This document shows positions 1 to 12,000 of a DNA stretch of 47,932 bases, one piece after another. The stretch covers positions 372,001 to 419,932 of the forward strand of contig JBODTK010000149.1 in NCBI GenBank assembly GCA_050613775.1, in the 5' to 3' direction. The first letter of the stretch is position 1; the number at the start of each line of letters is the position of its first letter. The notes below the pieces were generated by a model. The model did not search any database. It saw nothing but the letters and a program-made list of their open reading frames with translations, and had not been told where the DNA came from. The translations under genes and the position numbers were made by a program. This DNA comes from Neocallimastix sp. 'constans'. Its lineage: Eukaryota.

Positions 1-866
1 TTCTTCATCATCATTATCATTTAAATTTTCTTTTGATTTATCCTCCAATTTTAAATTTTTTAACATTTTAATATACTTCTTACGAGATACTGGCTTATTT
101 AAAAGATTTTCAATATAATCAGGGTAATTTGAACTTAAATATAATAAATCATTAGTTTCTATTTTTTGATGATCCTTATCTTCACCATTCATAATGATTT
201 CTGTAATAATTTTTTCTGTTTCTGGATCTATTGTTTCATTTTTAATATATTTTTTGAAGAGACTATCATGATTAACCACTTCATTCAAACTTTCCTTACT
301 TAAATCTAAAATTTCTTCACTTTCTGATAAGCTTGAATCATTTTCACTGTAAGTACTTTCATTATCACTTTCATTATCACTTACAGTGTCTAAGGAGGCA
401 TTACTTGTGTTAGTCTTTCCATTGCTATATAATGATTTTAACTTAGTGGGATCTCCAGTAAGATTTAAAACCTTAGTTCTTATATCACTTTTATAATCCC
501 CAATAACAATTTCATTATCTCTTTTACGAACTACAGCTTTAATTCCTTTAATCTTAAATAAATCCGCTTTATATGTTTTTCCATCATTGGTTTGGAATGT
601 TTTTTTAGATTTCTTTAATAAACTACCCTTTTTCTGTTTTATTATACATTCAGAAAAATCAAAAAAGATTTTATATAATGTTTTAATATTAATATTACTT
701 CTAATAATATCACTAATACACCATTGAGGTAAGTTTGGATAAACTTCTTGATAAGTCTTCTTTTTATTATCAATCATAACACATTTACATTCACCTATTA
801 ATAAATTTATTCATAGATATAGTTCAATAGATTTAATAGATTCATATATAATTCATATAGAGAGGA

Positions 867-897
<31 letters not shown>

Positions 898-2240
898 TAT
901 TATGACATAGTATTTCATATATGAATATCATTTATATTAAAAAATCATTAACAAAGAGCGATGATTTACAGAATTAAAAAATATTAATTTTATAAAAAAA
1001 AAAAAAATATTATATATATATGATTATTTAATATTTGAATTAATATTGGAGAAAAAAATATTAATTTTATAAAAATAAAAAAAATATTATATATATATGA
1101 TTATTTAATATTTGAATTAATATTGGAGAGAAAAATAAAATAATAGTAATATAATAATAATAATAATAATTAGCATTAATATAATATTAAGATAATAACT
1201 TTAATAATACTATCAATTACCAGTCTCTTCGTAGAAACGAATTAATATAGACATGCTTCCCTTTTTAACTCTTGGAATACCTTTAAGAGTATAACCAGCA
1301 ATAGTAGTATTTAATCTAAAGTAATCACCCCTTTTATATATTTCTAAAGTGTCAGAACCCAATAATTTTGCAAGAACAGGAACTATTATTATATCATTTA
1401 ATATAAAAATAACAAAAAGAATAAATTTTGTAAATTATTTTTGAAATATTTACAAAATATTATTAGAAAAAAGATGTACTTTTCTATAAAGTACTTTTTA
1501 TAAAATTTCAGACGAAAATACTATATCTATTTGATTTTATTGATATTATTATATAAAAAAAAAAAAATAAAATAAAATACCAAAGAAAAACATTTATTTA
1601 ATAAGAATATTCAACTTACTTGGACTCTTAATTTTTATTTTACTTTTAAAGTAAACACTTGGTAACACTTTATTCCATTTTTTTAATGTAATTTTACTAA
1701 AAGCTTGTATTTCTGCCTTAATTCTTAATTCGGTAATTTTTTCAATAATATCTACATCACCCAAACTTTTTATTTTAAAAAAAATTTTAAAAATATATAT
1801 ATAATTTAATTAGTATACACTGGAACGTTAATAAATTTAATACTTAATCCATATATATATTATAAAGAATTTTGGTTTTCTTCTAAATTTTGAATAGTAT
1901 TGTAATAGTGTCAAAAATAGTGTAATTATAAAAAATTATATATGTATTGATATTTAAAGATTTTTTTTTTATTAATTATTTTTTAAACTTACAAAATAGA
2001 CTCTTCTAAAGGATTCCAACCATAGTCATTACGACTGATAATGTCACAACCATTATTGACTAGAGTTATAATACAATTACGACGACCGAGCATAAGTGCT
2101 AAATTAAGTGGTGAATTTCCATGGTTATCTCTTTCATTAATATGTTTTTTTATTTCTTCATCCTTTAAAAGCTCAGTAAGAGCAACTTGATCATTGCGAT
2201 AAACACAACGATGAATTGGATATGTTTCGTTTAAAGTCAT
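1..2240 (-). CDS. ANKRD13: ANKRD13-family protein (N-terminal ankyrin repeats + GPCR-chaperone-like domain); 3' end beyond the left edge. Exons 2240-1993, 1765-1620, 1382-1221, 794-<1
   Basis: Exon 1 encodes YPIHRCVYRND...DNHGNSPLNLALMLGRRNCIITLVNNGCDIISRNDYGWNPLEES. In-phase GT-AG joins continue into PVLAKLLGSDTLEIYKRGDYFRLNTTIAGYTLKGIPRVKKGSMSILI, which matches the ANKRD13 SD...IYKRG...R.DTT..G....KRG pattern. Family recognised by eye, not by search. Confidence 0.8.
975..1135. repeat. ~80-bp tandem duplication inside intron 3 of the ANKRD13-like gene
   Basis: aaaaatattaattttataaaa...tattatatatatatgattatttaatatttgaattaatattggaga occurs twice in tandem. Confidence 0.85.
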
Positions 2241-2659
2241 TTATAATTTTACTTTATATATTTATTTTTTTTTTCTACAATATATTTTTATTTATTAATA
2301 TATTTTTATTTATTTCTCTATTTCTCTATTTATATATTTTATGGTTAATTTATAATAATTAAAAAATTTCTTAATAAAGATAAAGAAAAAAATATGAATA
2401 CAAGTTTATATATTATGTATTAAAAATAAAATAATGAAGAAAAAAAAAAAAAATAAAATAATGAAGAAAAAAAAAAAAAAAAAAAGAACTCTGAATTATT
2501 TTGAAAAAAAATATATATATAAATATCTTTAATTAATTTTTTTTTTTACTTTTTATTTTTTTTTTTATATTTTTTATCTGTATTTTACTTTTATTTTTAT
2601 TATTTATTTCTAAAACTCTGTTGTATGAAAAAAAAAGTTTTTTTTATTTTGTATTTTTT

Positions 2660-2696
<37 letters not shown>

Positions 2697-3179
2697 TTAT
2701 AGCCTTTATATTATATATTTACAATTTCTTATTTAATAAAAAATTAATTTCATACTTAATTTAATGATACAAAATATAATATATATAATTTTTAATTACT
2801 TTACTTTAAATAAATATTATTACTTTGTAGTTTGATTCCTTTCAATAGAAAAAAGGAATTTTGAGTTAAGATAAATTAGATAAAAAAAAAAAAAAAAAAA
2901 AAGGATATATACTTATATATATATAAATCAGATTAATATAAAGAAAGTAATAACAAATAATTAATACCTAAAAATGTATTAACTATTAAATATTAAGTAA
3001 TAGTAATTAAATTATTATTATGTATTACAAACTATAAAAAATATTAAAAATAGTTCGGTTTTTAATTTATTATCATCATCTATTTAATATAATTTTATTT
3101 AATAATTTTTCAATGATTATTAAAAATATATTAAATTTTTTTAAAACAAAAATAAAAAAAAAAAAAAAGGTTTAAAAAT

Positions 3180-3485
3180 AATAATAAATAATAATGAATA
3201 ATAATAATGAATAATAATGAATAATAAATAATAATGAATAATAATGAATAATAATTATAAATAATGAATAATAATTATAAATAATGAATAATAATAATAT
3301 TAATATTAATAATAAATAATAAATAATAAATAATAAATAATAAATAATAAATAATAAATAATAAATAATAAATAATAAATAAATAATAAATAATAAATAA
3401 TAAATAATAAATAATAAATAATAAATAATAAATAATAAATAATAAATAATAAATAATAAATAATAAATAATAAATAATAAATAAT
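3180..3485. repeat. (AATAAAT)n / (AATAATG)n heptamer satellite
   Basis: Dozens of tandem AATAAAT units read directly; explains the spurious ORF 3275-3580. Confidence 0.95.
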
Positions 3486-4479
3486 ATATAATAAAAATAA
3501 TATATAATAAAAATTATATATAATAGAAATAATTTTTGAATTATAAATATTATTATTATTAGCATATTTCTATTAACCACACATAATTCAAACAGTATTG
3601 TTTTATATAGAAAAAATTTTGTTATTTATTAATCATGATGATGATTTATCTTAATTTCTATAAATATTAACTAATCCTTTTTCCTTTTAACTCTTTTTTT
3701 TTTTTTTACTTCAGTTGTATAATTTCTAATAGAAAAATAAAATAAAATAAAATCTAATAAACAAAATATTTTTATTTATTTATATCATTTTAATATAATA
3801 AATTAAAATCTTTTTTTTTTTTTTTAAAATGGAAGGTATGACAAAAAAATATAAATAAAAAATTCTTTTTTTTTTTTTTTTTTTAAATAAAACTTAAAAC
3901 TTGACATTCAATCGAGTTAATTTTTAATTATTATTTTTTTTAATATATTAATTCCATAATTAATTAGTTAATTTTAATAATTAATAATTCATTATAATTC
4001 AATGTTTAATAATAAATAATAATAAATATTCAATATTTAATAATTAATAATTTCATAATAATTTAATATTCATTATTTAATAATTAATAACTAAATTTTA
4101 ATATTTAATATTAAATATTTAATATTATAATATTATATTTAATATAGATCTATATAATTTATTAATATTTTTAAATTTTTTTTATAAAAGTAAATGTTAT
4201 TTGTTATTTTTTCATATATTTTTTATATTATTATTATGAAATATTATTTATTTTAATATCCTTTTGCTTTTTTACTATTTATTGGTTATTATTATATATA
4301 ACAGTTTTTTATTAATAAAATCATTATATTTATTGTTATAAATATTGTTGAAACCGTTTTTTATTATTGTAATGATCTTTATTATTATAGCAATCGTAAA
4401 ATTTATTACAATCATTTTATTTGATAATTAATTAAATATATATAAAATTAAAAATAAATAAAAATAGAAAATAAAAAAA

Positions 4480-4548
4480 AAATAATAATAAAAATAAAAA
4501 TAAAAATAAAAATAAAAATAAAAATAAAAATAAAAATAAAAATAAAAA
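4480..4548. repeat. (AAAAAT)n microsatellite
   Basis: Tandem AAAAAT units; explains the spurious FIFIFI ORF. Confidence 0.9.
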
Positions 4549-4897
4549 AAAAAAAATAAAAAAAAATTAGTATTGTGTCCATTTCTCTAAAAAAAGAAAA
4601 AAAATTTAAAATTATAAATTCCTTTTTTGGTTCAATCAAATTAAAACAAATTTTGTTTAATATATTTTAAAGTTTATCAGTAAGATTTGTGCAATCTTTA
4701 TTTAATATAAAAACAAAACTTTAATAAATAATAAAAATAATTTAATCTAAAGAAAGTTTGGATAAATCAAATTTGATATTATATAAATTAAAAAAATTCT
4801 TTTTTTAGAATTTCATCCATAATTGAATACTTTTTGAAAAGTTTTTATTTTTTTTATTTATTTTAATATAGAAAATGGGAAAATGAATTTATAAAAA

Positions 4898-5190
4898 TTA
4901 TTTATTATTTATTATTTATTATTTATTATTTATTATTTATTATTTATTATTTATTATTTATTATTTATTATTTATTATTTATTATTTATTATTTATTATT
5001 TATTATTTATTATTTATTTATTATTTATTATTTATTATTTATTTATTATTTATTATTTATTATTAATATTATTATTATTATTCATTATTTATTTATTATT
5101 TATTATTAATATTATTATTATTATTCATTATTTATTTATTATTTATTATTTATTTATTATTTATTTATTATTTATTTATTTATTTATTAA
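4898..5190. repeat. (ATTTATT)n heptamer satellite, reverse complement of the 3180-3485 tract
   Basis: Tandem ATTTATT units with occasional ttcatta variants. Confidence 0.95.
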
Positions 5191-5419
5191 TTTGTTAAAT
5201 AAAAATAAAATAGAAAAATTATATTTAATAATTATAAAAAAAAAAAAACAATAATAAATTTTTAATTTATAATAAAAACATGGAAATACTATATTTTATT
5301 ATAGAATAAGATTTATATAAATATTTTGTGCAATGTTAATACAAAATAAAAAAATTATAAGTTGTTAATATATTATATTATATTATCTTATATTAAATAA
5401 AACCTGTATTATTATATTA

Positions 5420-5717
5420 TATTGTCATATAATATTGTATTGTATAGAAATTAGTTATAAGATTAAAACACGGCTCCTTTCTTTACAGATAATAAGATAT
5501 ATATAGAAATATAGAAAATATAAATAATAAATATATATATATAATTATACATATATAAATAATAAATATATATATAATTATACATATATAAATATAATTA
5601 TATATAACTAAACACAAAAAAAAATTTTCTATATATATCTTATTATCTGTAAAGAAAGGAGCCGTGTTTTAATCTTATAACTAATTTCTATACAATACAA
5701 TATTATATATGACAATA
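5420..5717. mobile_element. Foldback / MITE-like element: ~90-bp near-perfect inverted repeats around a ~115-bp AT-rich spacer
   Basis: 5420-5509 (tattgtcatat...gattaaaacacggctcctttctttacagataataagatatatatagaaa) is the reverse complement of 5626-5717 apart from a 2-nt TA indel. No TSD identified, so the mobile-element label is an inference. Confidence 0.55.
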
Positions 5718-6563
5718 ATTTTATACTTTTTTAATTAAATAAATAAATAAAAACACCAAATAAAGGAATATTTAATTATTAATTATAATTAATAGATTTC
5801 ATAGAATATTTTATTTATTTACAATATTTCAGAAAATGACAATGATTGTAGAGAAAAGTTTAAAAATTAATAAATTTATCTAATTTTTTTTTTTTTTTTT
5901 TAAGTTAAAACTTATTTTTTTAAATAATAGAACTATTAATCTATATTAATAATACAATAGTGCCAATTTTATTCTATATACTAAGTATATGAATAAATAA
6001 ATAGAAAATAGATAATAAATAACTAAATATTTATATAAATAAATAAATAACAATAAACAATATAATAAAAAAAAAAAGAAAAAACCTTTTTTTTCCAAAT
6101 ATTAAAATAATTTGATGTAGAAGAATTTTTCCAAATTTTAAAATAATCTGATAAATAATAAAATAGAATATATATGTATATATCTTTCCAAATTATAAAA
6201 TTTTTTATTGTTTATTGATTTCATTGTTCATTGTTTCTATAAATATATATATATATATATTTATAGAAACATTCAAAATGGTATAACCACAAATAAAAAA
6301 TGAAGTCGTCCCTTTTTTTGTTTTTTAATTAATGCATTATAAACATTATATTCCATTTTTTATATTTGTAAATTTTTTTTTTTTAAATATATTAATTTAT
6401 TTTTTTACTTTATTTTGTTAAACTCCTTTTTAGCTTTATTCTCATATATAAAATTGTTCATATTTTTGTTTTACATTTATTTTCTTTGTATACTTTTTAT
6501 TTGGGGGAAGTGTATTTTCATTTAAGAAATGACTAAAAAAAATTTTCCGAAATGAAACTCCTT

Positions 6564-6604
<41 letters not shown>

Positions 6605-6606
<2 letters not shown>

Positions 6607-6712
6607 TTATTTATTATTCAATTATTTATTTTTTAGTATTTATTTATTATTCAATTATTTATTTTTTAGTATTTATTTATTATTCAATTATTTATTTTTT
6701 AGTATTTATTCA
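6605..6712. repeat. ~31-bp minisatellite, about 3 copies
   Basis: ttattattcaattatttattttttagtattta repeated in tandem. Confidence 0.85.
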
Positions 6713-6795
6713 TTAATTATTTATTTAAATAATTATTTCAAATGCAATTTATATCATACTATAAGTAATTAAGATAATAATTAATTATTATAATT

Positions 6796-6880
6796 TAAAC
6801 TTTTAATATATAAATTTTCGAATATTGAAATGTTTATAAACTTTTAATATATAAATTTTCGAATATTGAAATGTTTATAA
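6796..6880. repeat. ~41-bp tandem duplication
   Basis: taaacttttaatatataaattttcgaatattgaaatgttta x2. Confidence 0.9.
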
Positions 6881-7489
6881 GTATTATAATACAACCCAAT
6901 AATTCTTTATTAAATTTATTTATATAATTAACGGTTATATATAATTATAATAAATATATATATATATATATTTATTATTGTATATATAAATTTCGATAGT
7001 CAACGTAAAAGTAATCATTTTTTGTTATAATAAATAACAATATATATTATTATGATTATTACTTTATTATTAAAATGATTTTTATTTATATATAACAATA
7101 AAAATAATTTTTAAATGAAATATAAAATAAAAATAATGAAAATTTTATTAATTGTTATTAGTTGTTGGTTAACATATTATAAATTTTCATATTACATTAT
7201 ATACATAAATGTAATAAAATTTATAATATAAAAAAAATAAAATAATACTTAATCATTTAATATTAATCTCTATAAAATAATAATATAAAAAAAAAAAATT
7301 GTTTATTTTTTGGATAAATAATTATTATTAAATAAAATTTATTACTTATCATTAATTTTATATTCGTAATTTTATACCATATTAACTTACATATAAATTA
7401 TTTTTATCATTATTTATTATATATATTATTTATGATTAGCAATAATAATTATTGAATAAATAACTCATATTATTACTGATATTTCATTT

Positions 7490-8107
7490 TTTAATTATTA
7501 AAATATAGATCTTAATTTTAAATATTGAAGTATCAACGTTGAAAATGCAGAAGGACAGGATAGTAGGGCCAATGCCTCTAAAGAAGAAAATCATAATTTC
7601 GGGAGAGTTGCATTTCCCTAAATTGCATTTCGCCAAGTGGAGTATTGATATAAATAAATGAATAAATAAAAAATATTCAAAATAATTTTTTTTTTTTAAA
7701 CTTATTTTTATTCAATATTAATAATATTTAATTTTATTTATTGTTTTATTTATTAATTTAATAATTTTCAATTTGGCAAAATGCCCCCCTCCCCATAATT
7801 TCTTTCGGATTGTCAATTCAAACTCTAATCCGGAATTCATTTAAACAGAAATTTTTTGATCTGGAGGTGGGGTTCGTTGTATAAGAGATCTTTTCTGAAT
7901 TTATTTATACACTTCATTTTGAATATTATTTTTATTTCAGATTACCATTTTAAATATTAGTATGTTCTAATTGGACATAAAATATTTATTTTTTTTTTTT
8001 TTTTTTTATTAACTTTTTTGTTTTTTAAAGAAAATTTTTAAAGAAATATATATGTATTTAATTAGTAAATATAGTTAAAGTTCACAATAACTAAGGCTAT
8101 AAAAAAA
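7490..8107 (+). mobile_element. 3'-end fragment of a non-LTR retrotransposon (same family as 39234-39578 and 10866-12000), interrupted by a MITE; left boundary approximate
   Basis: Colinear similarity with 39234-39545: gacagg..agtagggccaatgcctctaa, ataatttctttc.gat.gtcaattcaaactcta, tggaggtg.gg.tcgtt, ttttctgaatttatt.atac, tatgttctaattggac, aaagtt..caataa, ending in an A tract. Confidence 0.7.
7611..7793. mobile_element. 183-bp non-autonomous TIR transposon (MITE; Mutator-like by its 9-bp TSD)
   Basis: cataatttc duplicated at 7602-7610 and 7794-7802. Termini gggagagttgcatttccctaaattg vs reverse-complemented gggaggggggcattttgccaaattg (19/25 identical). The paralog near 39271 has a single tataatttc and no insert. 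Confidence 0.8.
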
Positions 8108-9770
8108 GAATAATAAATAAAATAAAAAAATATAATAAAATTAATAAAATTAATAAAATAAATTGGAATATAAGTAAAATAAATAAAATTAAATAACAAT
8201 ATATAATAATAATAAAAATTTCAATATTAACCTTAAAGTTTGTAATAATACATAATAGGTAATATATAATAAATTATAAATAAGAAATAAGATATAAAAA
8301 ATAAATAATAAGAAATAAAAAGTAATAAATTGTAAATGATAAATAATAAATTATGGAGAAAAAAGAATATAAAATATAAGAATATTAAATATAAAATATT
8401 TTAAATATATATAAAATAATAATAAATAATATATATATATAATATAGATATAGAATATAAAATATAAAATATAGATATAGAATATAGAATATAGAATATA
8501 AATTATAAAATATAAAATATAAAATTTAAAATTTAAAAATTTTATAAAATTTTTTTATAATTATTCTAAATTAAATAAAATTTTAATTATATTCAAAATA
8601 GGAAAAAAATGGATTTATATATTTATTCAGTTTTTGCCGTAGTGTTACAGATAATATATATAAAAAATATTTAAGTGTAAATAATATATATATAAATTTT
8701 ATACAACAATACCATAAAAGAAATATAAAAATAAAAAATAAAAGAATTTTGCTATGACACCAAACTTTCATAACAGAAAAAAAATAAAAATTAAATTATA
8801 AAATAAAAATTTAAAATAAATCTAATTACATATATATATATATAAGTTAAAATTGAAACGTTCATTTTTTTTTTTATTTATTTATTATTTATTTATTTAT
8901 ATATTATATATTATATATAACGAAAATTGATATTATAAAATCATACTATTGATAAAAACAATACTAATTATATATTTTTACTTGTATTATTTCATTTTTA
9001 TTATTATTATTATGATTATTATGATTATGATTATTGATTTTATTCCAATTTTTACTTTTTATTGAAATTAATAAAATAATTTTAAGATTTTGACCTTTTT
9101 TTTTTTTTTATAATTTATTTTATTTAGTTCATTTATTATATAAAAATTTACTAATAATTTATATATTTTCTTTTAATTCATAGTTAAAGTAAACTTTGAA
9201 GAATTAAAATTATTTTCAATTATTTTTTATTTTTATTTTTTTTTTTTTTTAATTTTAATTATTTATTTTATATTTTATTATCTATACATATTTTTACTTG
9301 AATATTGTTATTTCAGACTAAAAAATGAAAGAGAAAGAAAAAGTAGAGAGAAGGGGGAAAAAAAAAAAAGTATTTTTAAGGTAGCAATTTAATTTCGGTG
9401 ACAAGTATATCTCAATATATTATTTTATTGGATATAAGAGAATTTGTATTATTGGAATAAAAATTTTTTAGTCGTCAGATTATGATTAAATTGGTTAAAG
9501 TTTTAAGCATAATTAAAAAAAAAAATTAATAATAATAATAATAATAATAATATATACCATATTAAAAAAATAATAATTAGAAAAATATAAAATTAAAACT
9601 AATAATTTATGAATAAAAATGTAGATAAATATTTATTATAAAATTATTATTATTTTTTTAAAAAAAAAAAAAAACTTTTCTAATAAATGATATTAAATAG
9701 CACTTTATAACAAAAATGTATAATGTTCAGGTGATTTGAATTCTGATTAATACTTATTCTATACTTATTC

Positions 9771-10100
9771 TATATATAAATAATGTAACAATAGATTCCA
9801 TAGAAAAAAAAAATTTTTTTTTTTCTTTGGAGGGAAGAGACTATTTTCATTTCATAAGAATTTAGTTTCAAAAAAAAAAAAAAATAAAAATAGAAATAAA
9901 AAAAATTAAGAAACATTATCATATATATATATATTTATATATAAATAATGTAACAATAGATTCCATAGAAAAAAAAAAAATTTTTTTTTTCTTTGGAGGG
10001 AAGAGACTATTTTCATTTCATAAGAATTTAGTTTCAAAAAAAAAAAAAAAATAAAAATAGAAATAAAAAAAATTAAGAAACATTATCATATATATATATT
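9771..10100. repeat. ~165-bp near-identical tandem duplication
   Basis: tatatataaataatgtaacaatagattccatag...ctttggagggaagagactattttcatttcataagaatttagtttc...aagaaacattatcatatata occurs twice, differing mainly in homopolymer lengths. Confidence 0.92.
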
Positions 10101-10584
10101 TGAGTGATTTCAATAATTGCATATATATCATTAAAAATTTAAAAAAAAAAATAAAAAAAAATTTTTTTTATACTTAATATTTTTTTTAAATAGATTTAAA
10201 ATTTTTTTTAAATAAATTTATAATTTTTTAAATCAATGACTTCTACTTTAGAAAAAACTTTAGAATTGAAAATTAATAGCAATAAAAAAAAAATTGAAAA
10301 TAAAATGAAATATGTAATAACAATAAAAAAAAAAAACTATAAGTGAAAATGAAAGTTTCAGAGAATTAATGCTTTATCAAATAAAAAGATTATCTTTATT
10401 TTGAATAGTTTGAATTCTTTTTGAATAGTATCATCAATTGTTATAAATTATATTTAATTGTAACTATCTGCTCTTCCTTTTCGCTTATAATATTTTATTA
10501 TGTTATTGAATGCAGATTAAATTATTATAGATTTGATAGTATCGATAACAATAATGTCAGTTAAAAATTAGTCATAAATTAATA

Positions 10585-10625
<41 letters not shown>

Positions 10626-10725
10626 ATTAAACTTTGAATCCATCTTTCTGAAATTATGAAAACAAAAAATTCCTTGAAAACCAGTAGAAAAAGATTGGTG
10701 ATAGAATAGTTAATGATAATCATCA

Positions 10726-10775
<50 letters not shown>

Positions 10776-10865
10776 GAATTATATAAATATTATAAAACAA
10801 GTATCTCTAATGATGATGCAATTTTAGAGAAAAACCATTACAATATAAAAAAATTTATGGAATAA

Positions 10866-11120
10866 TTTTTTTCTTTCTTTCTTTTTTATAGGATAAAATA
10901 TTACAAAGCTTGATTTTATAAAAAGAGAAATAAAAAAATATTTCAGTATACTTAAATTGTTTTAATTATATATTTAATTAAACAAATATGAAAAAAAATT
11001 ATGGCCTTCTATTTCAGAGGCATTGGCCCTGTTTGCCTGTCTTACTTGACGCCCTTAATTAATTTGGGCTTATACCATCGGAATAGCATTCCATGTCGAG
11101 TATTAGCCCTAGACATAATT

Positions 11121-11159
<39 letters not shown>

Positions 11160-12000
11160 AGCCACTGATCGCACCAAGAATGGCTTTTTTTTGAATAATC
11201 ACCAGAAATGATTTGGTTCTTATATAAGATAACCCATTCCTTTTTTTATAATTTAAATCAATAATGTCTGTATCTCTTCCACCAAAAAAGGAAGTTATAT
11301 AATCGGTGCCATGTCACATATATATTTATACACTCATTATTCAGAAAATTACTTAAATTAACACGATTTTCACCAGTTGAACTATTCACTACATTATTAG
11401 TTAACGATACTATTACTTTCACTATCACTAATATTAATATTTCTATTTTCACTATTACTAATTCTACTATTATTAACAATATTATTTCTATTGTTATTAT
11501 TATTAATATTATAAACTTTGTTACTACTATTAGAATTTGTACTTGATTCTATATTATTCATATCTGTGATAACAATGTTTACATTACTATCTGATACTGC
11601 ACAATATTTGGAAATTATAAAAAAAAAAAATTATTTATAATATAAGAAACTTGCCCAATTACTATAAGAGAAAATAATATTCGTATATGAAGGATAGAAA
11701 TAACAAAATTCTTAAATAATCATTTTAATGAAATAAAGTACTTTTATACCTTTATTATTCATTCTCTGTATGAAGGATTTCAGTTCTAAATCATTTGAAA
11801 AACGGTACACCTAGGTACGTATAATAGCAATTCATTTTAGGTAACTCTTGTCTGGAAAGATAAAAGGATAGGATCTTTTTTTAATATGAAATTTGGAAAC
11901 TTCCCCTTATACTTCTAAACTTTGCACATTTATTGATACTTAATTGCATTTCATTATTTCTAACCCACTTATTGATTAAACAGCTTCAAACATTTTTTGT
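10866..12000 (-). mobile_element. Decayed, internally deleted non-LTR retrotransposon (LINE): reverse-transcriptase C-terminal fragment, Asn/Ser-rich segment, ORF end and A-rich tail; boundaries approximate
   Basis: Minus-strand translation across frameshifts gives KWVRNNEMQLSINKCAKF (about 11970-11918) and FYLSRQELPKMNCYYTYLGVPF..SNDLELKSFIQRMNNK (about 11866-11750), i.e. the W...N...N..K and YLG motifs that close non-LTR RT domains. 11045-10995 (gtaagacaggcaaacagggccaatgcctct...cataattt) matches the copies near 7553 and 39236. Confidence 0.75.

Noticed and set aside
3275..4639. ORFs 3275-3580 and 4448-4639 as membrane proteins
   Set aside because: Translations of heptamer and hexamer microsatellites
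8583..8771. 62-aa ORF (also 34076-34276)
   Set aside because: F/I/L/Y-rich composition typical of chance ORFs in AT-rich DNA; no motifs or supporting exons
10340..10730. Possible pseudogene fragments (e.g. minus-strand LSPIFSTGFQGIFVFIISERWIQ-like reading)
   Set aside because: Short, broken by stops or frameshifts and not assignable to any family by eye
11003..11125. Spliceosomal snRNA or hammerhead ribozyme (Sm-like AATTTTTG, hairpins)
   Set aside because: No U2/U4/U5 conserved motifs and no CUGAUGA/GAAA core; the sequence is homologous to LINE-end copies elsewhere
11258..11479. 73-aa ORF as an independent gene
   Set aside because: Off-frame reading of the low-complexity part of the LINE relic
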